DNA of 63,184 nt, filler included, from Conidiobolus incongruus B7586 (lineage: Eukaryota): NCBI GenBank assembly GCA_000697335.1. It is 12 parts of 12 records of this genome, joined end to end, with 100 filler letters (N's around TTAATTAATTAA, not from the genome) between each part and the next. Parts side by side here need not be neighbours in the genome. Positions count along the whole stretch, not along the records: positions 11,012 to 20,183 come from JNEM01007144.1; positions 20,284 to 21,808 come from JNEM01007149.1; positions 21,909 to 23,122 come from JNEM01007151.1; positions 23,223 to 32,661 come from JNEM01007152.1; 8 more parts are not named here. One strand, written 5' to 3'. The first letter of the stretch is position 1; each line of letters begins with the position of its first letter. The notes under the pieces were generated by a model, which worked only from the letters and a program-made list of their open reading frames with translations, ran no database searches and was not told where the DNA came from. Positions 13,495-26,025 of this stretch are shown piece after piece. The translations under genes were made by a program, and so were the position numbers.

Positions 13495-14739
13495 TTACAA
13501 AGCTTTTAAAAAAGTGATATTGGAGTTGGATGTTGAGCTATTGCTATGACGATGAAGTTGATCATCAATAGTGATAGCAGCTCCCATTGATAAATATTGT
13601 TCAGATTGTTCACTGAGTCGATTTTTCGTACAGGTCTGATAGTTTAAATAGCTCCTCTGAGATTTGTTCAATAATAAATAATAAATGCCTTTAGATAAGA
13701 TGGTATCAATCCACTGGATTCGAGTTGGTAACCTTGAAGCATTTCCATCCATCAAATCTATTGATAATTGGGATCTACTGGATGGTAGTTCGCGATGGAA
13801 TAAGGTGGGATAATAGGATTTTATCAGGGTCATTTTGGTGGATTTCCAAGCATTACTCACCACAGGGTCGAAGCAGAATACAATTCCAGTAATTATTCCT
13901 CTGCACGATAATGTAACCATTCCTAAAAACCACAGCACTTTACTAACATCCTTATTAATGTAAAAATAAAGTGTTGAAATAAAGGACATAGAAAGCGTCA
14001 AACAGGGGACCATGGGATATAGCAATACTCTAATAACAGTTCGATGGATGATTTTTTCATTCTTTTTTCTTTCTGCCAACTGGGCAGAGCTTTCTCTAAC
14101 ACTCACTCTGAATTTATTTAATTCATGTCGATTGCTGATTAATTTGCATAAAATTGTAACTATTACACCTGTGCAGTATATTACTCCAAATATTATCCAT
14201 CCATACATGACAGAAATTTGCCAAATGATCGATTGTAAACTAGACTCTTGGAAGAACCAGCATGAATTTTCAACTGTGTCATAACCAAAAGCACCAGCTA
14301 GCATTGGAATGCTAGCTATTAAAGCGGCTGCAAGAACTGAAGCGATATAATATAACACTTCTATCCTTCTTGGCAAGTCTCGATGGAATAATAATAACAA
14401 TTGAAGGTTAAGTGCAATCGACATATTAAGGAATAAAGAGCATAAAATGGAGAATATAAATAAAAATCCAGAAATATAACATTGATAGTCTGCATCTAGA
14501 CTTGATATTGTAATATGAGAAATTGCAAAAATTACATCCATTAAAGCAATTCCAATGACTAAATGAAAAGTTGCCCTTCTCTGGGCTTTTTTACCAAACA
14601 TGTAAATAAGGAAAATAACGAATAATACACACAAACCAACACCAATAGAAATAGAATTCATAACATATAGCGTTGATTTGTACACACTATCCCATATCTG
14701 ATTGACTATTTCTTGATCCATTGCTTGCGCATCTGACAT
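13495..14739 (-). CDS. Seven-transmembrane GPCR (cAMP-receptor-like/Git3-type), single exon
   Basis: Seven hydrophobic segments; TM3 Cys (YQCYISG); extracellular FGYD..SCWF; TM6 RVLLYPMV; TM7 CRGIITGIVFCFDP. Likely start MSDAQ at 14739 (the ORF is open to 14838). Confidence 0.85.
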   Translation of the reverse strand: MSDAQAMDQEIVNQIWDSVYKSTLYVMNSISIGVGLCVLFVIFLIYMFGKKAQRRATFHLVIGIALMDVIFAISHITISSLDADYQCYISGFLFIFSILCSLFLNMSIALNLQLLLLFHRDLPRRIEVLYYIASVLAAALIASIPMLAGAFGYDTVENSCWFFQESSLQSIIWQISVMYGWIIFGVIYCTGVIVTILCKLISNRHELNKFRVSVRESSAQLAERKKNEKIIHRTVIRVLLYPMVPCLTLSMSFISTLYFYINKDVSKVLWFLGMVTLSCRGIITGIVFCFDPVVSNAWKSTKMTLIKSYYPTLFHRELPSSRSQLSIDLMDGNASRLPTRIQWIDTILSKGIYYLLLNKSQRSYLNYQTCTKNRLSEQSEQYLSMGAAITIDDQLHRHSNSSTSNSNITFLKAL

Positions 14740-17700
14740 GTTGAAATGGATCACTGGTTGAAAAAAAATAAAAATAATGCAAAGGAAAACAAAATTAATA
14801 TTGATACAAACGTGTTCATAGGCCTCATTATATACCATTATCTCATAAGGGAGATCAAATAGGTTAAATATGAAGTGGAGTGGAATAAAGAGGCCAAGGG
14901 GATAAAATAATCAGGTTAAATTTTAATTGGTGATATAAACCGATACAAATTTGATCATTTTTATTATTCTATTTAAATTTGAAACAAACTTGAAATTAAT
15001 TAAAATTTCAATGTTCATTTAAAAGCATATCAATTTAGCCATACACTCTGGGTGAAAATATTATCGCTGAAATGACTGATTAGGCATTCACCAGTATTTT
15101 TATTCATGCTTTATTGGTTTATTCTCTTTATATTTAGCCTTCAATAAGCTTTAGTTACTTGAAATCAGCCAAATTCCGTTAAATATAAATCTGGTACAAC
15201 ATTGTTGTTGGATACCAATTTAATTTTCAGCATCGATTGGGATCTATCTCGGACTAGACCCTGTCAAATTTAAATAGCCAACCTAATATTGAATTTGCAG
15301 TTTTTATCTATTTTTCCAATCATATTGCCTATTTATCAATAGATAATAATAATAATAATAAAGCGGTGTTTATAAAAAATAGAATAAATTAAAAATAATT
15401 AAAAAAAGAAATAATAATTATTATTAATATTAATAAATTTTAATATTCTAAATATTAATTATTAAAATAAATAAAAAAGTATTATAATTTTCATATTATT
15501 ATTATTATTGTTCGGGATTTATGAAAAAAAAATAATCTCTCAATCAATATTAAAATGATTAAGAACCAATAAAAAGCGATAGCAACTACTATATAGATAG
15601 CATTTATTGGACAAGAGAAATTTAAAAATGGATTAATACCTGTGAAATTTTATTTTTAATTAATTTGTTAGTTTTTGTGAATAAAATAAAAGAAAAATTT
15701 AATTTAGAAAATATTGCAATATTTTTAATAATTAGAGGTGTATATTATATATCCTCAATTCAAATTTATTTCTATTTAATTTTGTATTACAATTAAAGTT
15801 TAACTATTTCTTTTAAAAATAATTTTTTAAATTGTAAAATTTAATAACCTAAAATTCAATATAATATAATTATATTTATAAATTAAATATTAATTAGGAA
15901 AAATAATAATTATAATTTTTTTATTAATAATTATTTTTTATTAATATTTTAGGTTATATTTAACTTCAACATTAGTGAGAATAAAATAAAAAATTTGTTC
16001 CAAAAATTATTTCATTATTATATCATAATATGAACCTAAATTGGATTAATGGGAATTTTTAAATATCAAATAATATCATTATTTCATTATATTATTATCT
16101 TTAATTTTTATCATCAAATATTTCATCAAAATTCATATGTAAATTAAAAAATAATTTTTATTATTTTTTAATATATTCCTTATATAAATTTTTAATAATA
16201 AAATAAAATAAAATTTTCGGGAATCAAGTTAATGACTTAAAAATATAATTTTAAAAATTTTGTCCTCATATTTTTTTTATTGTCATAATTATTAAATAAT
16301 CATTTTTCATTTTAAATTTAAATAAATTATTTTATAATCAGTTTTTTTTCAATATTTTATTTTATTTTAATTTGCGGATAATTTAACTAAATAAAAGTAT
16401 TTCAAAAAATTTAATTAATTAATCAGAAAATTTTATATTAAAATTAAATTCTTTATAATTGCAATATATATTGTAAATTAAAATAATTTTAATTTAATCT
16501 TGGCATTTTTATTTAAAATATTTAAATAATTAGAGATTAGTATCTTAATAGAGAAATAGTATATAATAATATTTATATATTCAAGGGTAAATGTTAAATA
16601 TAACCAACTATAAAAATGGATATATTAGTTTTTAGATATAATTTCAAAATAAAATATGTGCATTTATTGAGAATTACTTAATATGTCAATAGTGTTTAAT
16701 TTGAAAATATTTTACAATGTGGATCCCGCTATTTTTTTCAAATTTAGTATTATTAAAGGATAAATCTGGTATCAGATCAAATGCTACCATTTCCGATAAT
16801 TTATGTATATAATTTAAATATTTACACATCAAGATAATTTTTATCTAAAAGTAAAATATTTGAACTAATATTACAATATTCTGACACATAAAATAATCAA
16901 TCATTTCTCACATTTATTTTTAAAAATAATCATATATTATTATGTTTAGAAAAGTTTTATAATGAATGATTTGATCATTATTTTATTTTAACTCAAAGTT
17001 ACAAGCTTTTTTACAGGTTAAAATATGAAAGAAATATTTGTACATTTAATAAAATTTTAAATTTTGCAATATATTATCACAATAATAATTATATTTACCG
17101 ATATATTCTATTAATTTTGTTATTTTAATTTACAATTAATTAAATTATCACATAATATTTCAATACTGATGTTTATTATAATTATTGACTAATCAATATT
17201 TTCTACCTCAAATCAACTAAATCTTATTTGAAAAACCAGTAGTCAATATATAAATGATTAAAATTCAATAAATGTTATTAATTAATAAAACATATTATTT
17301 TAAATATAAATATCATTTGATATAAGTAAGTTGAAATTATCATTTATTTATCAATTAATATTCCACAAAAGCATATTACTATAATATTAGTTTTATTTAA
17401 TTATTGACTTATCTTCATTTATTTAGATAGTATTTATACTATTAATTCAAATATTATATCATTAAAATTTTAATTAATCAATTATTTAATTATTAAAATA
17501 TAAAATATTTAAAAAAAATTTAATATTTAAATAGTTACCAATCTAATAAATATTCGATTTATAACAAAAACTTGAAATGGTTTATATATTCAAAATTATC
17601 ATTTTTGAATAGTACTTTATTATCATATTAATTATTTTTATATAAATTAATTAATTAATTTAATTTTATTAATTCTACTAAAATTGGGATAGTTTCTAAC

Positions 17701-17828
17701 TCCTGAATTAATTATTTTTAATGCAATATTTATCAAAATAGATGTGCATAATAATTCTATTCATAGAGAATAATTTGTGAAATGAAATTTAATTGATGAA
17801 AAATAATATTTGAATATTTAAGATTATA

Positions 17829-17859
<31 letters not shown>

Positions 17860-19164
17860 GCTATTACTATTACTATTATTATCATCATATATTTAATAAT
17901 ATGTTAATTTTACTAATTTAAATTTCATAATGCTTATAATAAAAAAATTATCAAAATTTTGTTTAATGAGTTTTTAAAGAATTTCTCTAGATTTATTATA
18001 ATAACTCCATATACCAGCGAAAATTTTTTTAAAATAAATAAAACTGATAACATCTATATAATATGTAATCAATTAATATGACTATAATCTCTAAATATTT
18101 CTTTTTAACCTTTGGATAAATTCTTCTTATGATGAATATACTAATTTTGTCTAATATCTATATCTATTATCTTTGGTGATATACTTGATCCTGTATTATT
18201 AACTATAAAATATTTATCATGTGATTATATTTAAAGAAGTTACGATATAGAAAATAAGCAATATTGTTTAAAACGGTAAATTAATTCACATTTTTACTAA
18301 AATTGAAATAATTGAGGTTGATTTTATTATAGTTTTTATGTATTATCACCGCCATTAAATATGATTTAATCAACATTAGATTAATAGGACATTAAACTTG
18401 AATAATTTGTGAAAATTTTCATGACAATTTAACCAATTAAATAGTTTTTTTAGTTTTAATTAGTATTGAATGTCATTCTAATTGATCCAATATGTTGGTA
18501 ATATTGGTGGTTAACATAGCTGCTATTATATATTTCTTTTTATCTTTTTTAATAAAATCGAATAACAGTGTGGTTGATATTCATACATATTAATTAATTC
18601 AGTTAAATAGATCGATTTAATAAAAAATATCAGAACTTATATTTTAAGGATGAGACCATACTATTCCACACGTTACACTACCTTAATTCCCAGTTTTAAA
18701 TTTTTAACTTGTTTAAAATCTTTGAAACTCGAAATATGTATAAAATGATTTATTGAAATAGAAAATAAGTATATTTTAAAATATAAAAATTAATATTTTT
18801 TTAAAGAATCATATTAGTGTTAAGAAGTGAAAATTAAAAATATTTTATATAACTTCTTATGGACATTGGGAATTTTTGATTGCACATCTTTAATATTTAT
18901 TATATCTAAAATTCATATTATCCCAGAATTTGAGTTATAAAATTTAAAAATAAAAATTATTTGAATTTGAATTAATTTATTTTTTAATATATATATTAAA
19001 TTCATGAATAATTTTATTAAAATGTAGAAAGTTAATGAATCAAATTTTTTTTTATTATCAAATTCCCAAGGAGACTAATTTTTACTATGAATGAATATTT
19101 AATAATATTTTTTAGGGTTATTGATACAACAATTTGTCAAATCCAGATTGATAAGATCAAAATA

Positions 19165-19455
19165 CTAGTCCGACCGGAAAGTTTGATCATTTTGGAACAT
19201 TGAGAAAAGAAATATATCTAAAAATAAAATTGTTAATTGTTAAATATATATAATATAAATTATATAAAATCATTATTAGACTTAGTATTTTTATAAAATA
19301 TGATTAATTATTAAAAATGATATTAAATGATGAATTTAATAAAAACAGAAATCAAATTCATTTTTTTACTATATTTTAACAATATAATAGATCTTTTGTT
19401 TATAAAAATTGTGAATAATAATAACTATAATAACAATTTTTTACGGTCGGACTAT
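19165..19455. mobile_element. About 290-bp MITE
   Basis: Inverted termini TAGTCCGACCGGAAA (19166-19180) and TTTACGGTCGGACTA (19440-19454), with TA just outside each; AT-rich non-coding interior. Confidence 0.6.
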
Positions 19456-19772
19456 TATAACTTAGTTCATCCCTAGGAATCGCTATTATTTCCTTACAAC
19501 AAGAATTATATCAAATTTTCAATTATGTAAAATATTCTTATAATATATTAGATTAGATTTATTTAGGAAATTTTATCGTCAATTCTCGACTAGGAAGACC
19601 CTGCTTTATCCATTATACTAAGCTTCAATTCACATATACATATCATATTATTTTCAATATATAAAAATAGATATATTAAACTTTTGTTTGAAAATTATCA
19701 TAATATACCTTATATATATTGCGAAAATAAAATTATTATACTTTATATAAATATCGTTTGAATATTTATTTA

Positions 19773-20183
19773 TTACCTTGAATTTAAAATAATGGGAAAT
19801 TTTTTAATTTCTGATTTTTCAAACATATTATTAGTTTGAAATAAATAAATATATACAAAGTTAATAGGAAATTATATATTTTTAATATAAACTAAAATTA
19901 ATAAATAAAAATGTAAAATAAGTACCTTATAATTTAACTAAAGCTTAAAAAAAAGCTTGAGTAGCTATTGCTAAACAAAACCTATTGAAATATTACTAGA
20001 AGCCTAAACTTTTACAGCAAATCATTGTAATTGATGAATCTTAGATCTTTATATATAATCCTTTACTAAAACACAAATCAAAATGCTAGATTAAGCCAAA
20101 TCAACCCCCTCTATAAATCCCTTTAAATAAACACTTTGTTAATAAGTGAATGTTAATTATTGTAATGGATTATAATAGTATAT
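19773..20183 (+). mobile_element. Mariner copy, internally deleted, runs into gap
   Basis: TA + TTACCTTGAATTTAAAATAATGGGAAA terminus; encodes *VPYNLTKA..IIVIDES*IFIYNP. Confidence 0.85.
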
Positions 20184-20499
20184 NNNNNNNNNNNNNNNNN
20201 NNNNNNNNNNNNNNNNNNNNNNNNNNNTTAATTAATTAANNNNNNNNNNNNNNNNNNNNNNNNNNNNNNNNNNNNNNNNNNNNTGGAAAATTTAAAAATA
20301 ATTCATTATAATAAAATATTTTTATTAATACTAAAGATATTGATATAAAACCTATATTATTAATTTAAATAAATTGGAATAAAAATTTATTAATTAATTA
20401 TTTTATTAAGAATAATTATATTTTATTAATGAATTATCCAAATATTATAGTTAAATTATAATAATAGATAAAAAATACAAAAAATAAATTTGGTAAATA

Positions 20500-21802
20500 T
20501 TACTTTGTAATTTAAATAATAGGAATTTTTTGCAATTGAAAAAAAATAAACATTTTAATATATAAAAAGTAAAAATAAATATATAATATAAAATCAATAA
20601 TTTCTTTAATCTCTAATAACTTTTTGCTATACTTTTAGCAAAGATCTAATACCTAAAAAACAGTTCTTTTTATTAAAAACTGAAATTTGATGTTTTACAA
20701 ACTAATTAAATTTTCTTGTACAAATTTTTTTTCTTGTAAGCTGGTTTTTTAATTGCCTAAAACAATTATAATCACATAGGTTATAATCTAAGGAATATAC
20801 TAGATATGGTAGTTTTTTCTAGTTATTTTTAATTAAAAAGTTTTTTATAACTTTAAATTTATGTATTTTGTAATTATTATGCAAAATAATAGGTTTTCTC
20901 AAATTATATTGAGAATACCAATTAGAAATAGTTTTATTTAAAAAAGAAATATATAGTTTATTATTAATTGATTTTCCTTTAAAAATTAAATAAGAATAGT
21001 ATATACTATAATAATCTATTACAATAATTAACATTTGCTTATCAACAAAATGTTTATTTAAAAAAATTTGTAGAGGGGGTTGATTTAGCTTAATTTAACA
21101 TCTTGATTTAAGTTTTAGTAAAGGATTACACAAAAAAATCTAAAATTCATCAAATGTAATAATTTACTGTAAAAGCCTTGGTTTTTAGCTATACCTTAGT
21201 AAGTTTTGTTTAATATTAGCTACTTTAGCTTTTTTTTAAACTTTAGTTAAATTATAAAGTACCCATTTTACAATTTTATTGATTAATTTTAATTTAAACT
21301 TTAATATATATAAAATACTTATGTAACTAATATTAAAGTATCTTGATAATTTTTTATTTGAAATAAAAAGGTATTTTTTAATATGTTTTTTTATCTTATT
21401 AACAATTAGAAAAGTAACAATTAAAATTAGTTTTCTAGATTTTAATAGGTTTTAGATAGTTTCTCTCTTAACCTTAAAGTAATTTACCTAGCAATAAATT
21501 ATTGATTTAGATAATACTTCATTACTAAAAGCTGCTTGTAAATTTTAAATAATTTTAAAGGGTTTATGGTTAAGTTTTATTAATACTAAAATAAAAAACT
21601 TTTGATGGTTATTATTTGGTTTAAAAATAATTAAATTAAATAACTAATTTTAAAAAATTATTTTTTTTAATCAAAAAAGTTATTAAATATATATATATAT
21701 ATAATTTAAAACTATTTATTTTCCTATTTGTTTTATATATTTATTTTATTTAAAATTAATAATATGTTTGAAAAATTAGAAATTAAAAAATTTCCTATTT
21801 TA
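20500..21802 (-). mobile_element. Mariner (DD34D) transposon, degenerate
   Basis: Reverse complement of 51612-52923; includes track ORF 20819-21034 (..KPIILHNNYKIHK..). Confidence 0.92.
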
Positions 21803-22695
21803 TTAATANNNNNNNNNNNNNNNNNNNNNNNNNNNNNNNNNNNNNNNNNNNNTTAATTAATTAANNNNNNNNNNNNNNNNNNNNNNNNNNNNNNNNNNNN
21901 NNNNNNNNATAATAAAAATTATAAATATTAACAGTTTTTTTAAAACTTTTTTATATTAATTATAAGAGTTTTTTATTAAAAATTAATATTATTCTTAAAG
22001 TTATAAATAATATTCTTTTTATAATTATTATACCTTAATTTATTATCTTAATATTTTATTTATCTCTTTTATCCTTTTTTGATAACTTTAAGAAAAAAAA
22101 ATTAAATAATATTCCATTTTCTTTCATTGTTTTTTATACTTCTAGAGCTTTTATTTAAAGAAAACAATAATAAGTAAGAGTTATTATTACCTTATTTTTT
22201 ATTATTTAAAAAATTTAGTTCTTTATAGTAGAATTAATTATATAATGAAAAAATTATAGGAGTTATATTAAAAGTTTTAAAAAACTAAATTATTTTATGT
22301 TTTAAAATATTAATTATTATAAACAAAGGGTAATTTTTACCATATTATTTATTTATTAAAACTTATTCAATAATTTTAAATTTATCAATAAAAGTTCTTA
22401 TATAATTAAATATTTTATCATATTTCTTTCTTAAATTCATATAATTTTTTTTTAAAATAGCAATAAAGCTATATATTGTAAAAAACATTTAACTTATTAA
22501 AACACTAAGATTTATAATTTTCCTCCTATCTTAATTTATTAAATATAATTTCTATTAAGTATAATTCAAGGTAGTCATTATTATTATTAATAATATTAAT
22601 AATAGATGACATAAAAGAAAAAAAAGATAAAGCTTAAAAGTATAGTTTTTACTAATAGATATATGTGGTATTTAATCTAAAATAAAAATCATTTA

Positions 22696-25557
22696 TTACT
22701 ATAGAATTAAAGAAATGGGAAATTTTTTAATTTCTGATTTTTCAAACATATTATTAGTTTTAAATAAAAAAATATATATAAAATAAATAAAAAAATAAAT
22801 AGTTTTAAATTACACTAACCTGCAAAAGTAAGTTATAAAATCAAAAACACCTATATTTTTACTAATAACTTGATTAATATTTAATGAAATAAACTTAAAT
22901 TAAATAATTAAAATCTATTATATTTATTAGTTATATATATCATTAAATGATGATATTTAGCTATTAATTGGTTAAAATATAAACCCTTAAATTTTACCTA
23001 AGGTGAGTTATAAATTTGCAGGTTTTTGGTGATAAAAAAAAATTAAAACCTAGTGTATCTACCTTTAGCTTTTCTAACTTCTTTAAGTTTGTAGGGTATA
23101 GAATCAACTAACTTCTTATACANNNNNNNNNNNNNNNNNNNNNNNNNNNNNNNNNNNNNNNNNNNNTTAATTAATTAANNNNNNNNNNNNNNNNNNNNNN
23201 NNNNNNNNNNNNNNNNNNNNNNAGGTTAGGAGATTAAAGAAGCTACTTTATAACTGTTATCTTGTTATTTTTAAGCTATTTGGTAATAGAAGCTGTAGTA
23301 TAACAAGAGGTATTATCTTACTAGAAAATAACATTAGATTTGTTTAACCTATACCATTCAATGGTTTTTTTCAATTCATTGTTCAGAATACTTTAGTACA
23401 TCTCAACATTAATTCCCCCATTAACTTTACAAAGATACCCTACACCTAAAGACAACATACATCCCCAAACAATAATTGACCCACCACTATACTTTTAGGT
23501 AAAATTAACATGATGGTTATAAAGTAATTCTGCATCTTTTCTGAAGTATCTAGCTTTTCTATCAGATCCACTAAAGTATATTTTTGTTTCATCAGACTAA
23601 ATAACCTTACTCTAATTAATTTCAGTTTAATATCAGTAGCAACATTTAAACTCTTGCCTAGCTTTATAATAGGATTTTTTTAGTTGGGGGTGTTTTTTCT
23701 TGAAGTGTGAATGGTATCTATGCTAATATAAAGTACATATAATAGTATCAGTGCTAACTAATATTCTTGTATAGTCTTATAATTCCTGCTATATTTCTAC
23801 AGCAGTACCACACTTGCTTGTATTAACTAACCTATAGATATACTTCTCATCATGTTTATCTATAATCTTAACACACTTAAGTTTAAGTTTAAATGTTTCT
23901 TTATTGCTATTCTTAACAGCTTTAACTATAGTAAACTAGCTAACACTAATAATTCTAGCAATATCATAAGTTGATTTACCTTTTTTATAAAGTTGATTAA
24001 TACACAAATAGATTTTTTTAAAGAGGGATTTAAGTATAATGATACTAATAAAAAAAATTTAGTATATCTGTAAAATATTATATAAAATAATAGTAAAGAG
24101 AGAAAAAAGATATGGTTATATATTGTTAAATATATCCCTTTATCTCAAAAACCCACAAATTTATAACTTACCTTGGTTAAATATTAAAGGTTAATATTTT
24201 TGTTAATAGTTTACTAAATATATCTAAATATATTTATCTATTATTAAATAATATACCTTAATTATATATTATAATTTTAAGTAATCTAATATATACAATT
24301 GTTTTAGTTATTAATTAATATATATATATTTTTGATTTTATAACTCACTTTTGCAGGTTAGTGTATATATATATATAATAATTTTTTTGATTAAAAAAAT
24401 ATTTTTTTTAAAATTAGTTGTTTATTTTAATTATGCTTAAACTAAATAATAACCATCAAAAGTTTTTTATTTTAGTATTATTAAAATTTAACCATAAACC
24501 CTTTAAAATCATTTAAAATTTACAAGTAGTTTTTAATAATAAAGTATTATTTAAATTAATAATTTATTACTAGGTAAATTACTTTAAAGTTAAGAGAAAA
24601 AATACCTAAAACTTGTTAAAATTTAAAAGATTAATTTTAACTATTATTTTTTTAATTGTTAATAAAGTAAAAAAACATATTAAAAAACACCTTTTTATTT
24701 TAATTAAAGAATTTTTAAAATATTTTAATATTAGTTACATAAGTATTTTATATATATTAAAGTTTAAATTAAAATTAATTAATAAAAATATAAAATAAAT
24801 AATTTATAATTTAACTAAAGCTAAAAAAAATTAAAGTAGTTATTGTTAAACAAAACTTACTAAGGTATAACTAGAAACTAAAGTTTTTATAGTAAATTAT
24901 TATAATTAATAAATCTTAAATTCTTTTGTATAATCCTTTACTAAAACATAAATTAAAGTGTTAAATTAAGTTAAATCAACCCCTTCTATAAATTCCTTTA
25001 AATAAATACTTTATTAATAAGTAAATATTAATTGTTATAATAAATTATAATAACATATACTATTTTTATTTAATTTTTAAAGGAAAATTAATTAATAATA
25101 AACTTTATATTTTTTTTAAATAAAACTATTTTTAATTGGTATTCTCAATATAATTTGAGAAAACCTATTATTTTGTATAATAATTGTAAAATACATAAAT
25201 CTAAAGTTGTGAAAAACTTTCTAATTAAAAATAACTAGAAAAAACTACTACATCTAGTATATTCTTTAGATTATAACCTATGTGATTATAATTGTTTTAG
25301 CCAATTAAAAAACTAGCTTACAGGAAAGAAAATTTCTACAGGAAAATTTAATTGGTTTGTGAAACATCAAATTTCAGTCTTTAATAAAAAGAACTATTTT
25401 TTAAGTGTTAGCTCTTTGATAAAAGTATAGCAAAAAGTTATTAGAAATAAAGGAAATTATTAATTTTATAATATATATTTATTTTTATTTTTTATATATT
25501 AAAATGTTTATTTTTTTTCAATCACAAAAAATTCCCATTATTTAAATTACAAAGTAA
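22696..25557 (+). mobile_element. Mariner transposon split by a Tc1 insertion at 22813-24363
   Basis: Both termini present and TA-flanked; the sequence resumes colinearly after the Tc1. Confidence 0.92.
22813..24363 (-). mobile_element. Tc1-family transposon with IR/DR-like ends, inactivated
   Basis: TIR CACTAACCTGCAAAAGT(A/G)AGTTATAAAATCAAAAA at both ends with TA duplication. Minus-strand KVI*SDETKI, KYSGGSIIVWGCM and F**DNTSCY..*LL*SPN. Contains an assembly gap. Confidence 0.95.
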
Positions 25558-26025
25558 TAATTAATATGGAATAAAGTTATACTGCTATAAAATGCAATGA
25601 TAAACCCTTAACCTTATTTTTATAGTTTATGAGAGAAAATTAGTGGATTTTATGAATCAAAAAATTTGGTAGGCTATTATTTTATAACCAATTTTTTCTA
25701 AAACCAAAATCAGTCAAACAAAAAATCAGAAAAGATTGAGCAGATTTGACTAGACTCAATATTTTTATAAATTTTTACCAATTTGATTGATCAATCCCAT
25801 AATAATGAATATCATTGCAAAAATAAATACTTAGTGTAATATGAATAAATAATATTGAAATTTTAAACAGTCTTAATTCAAATTATTAGTTATATTAAAA
25901 AAAGTATTATTCAAAATATTCAGAGTTTTAAATACATCAAAAATAAATAAATATATATTAATAAGAAACTATTATCATAAATATATCAACAATAAAATCG
26001 AACTGTTAAAAATAATCAACAAAAT

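Noticed and set aside
21909..22695. AT-eroded stretch that may be another dead element
   Set aside because: No motif or second copy could be recognised.
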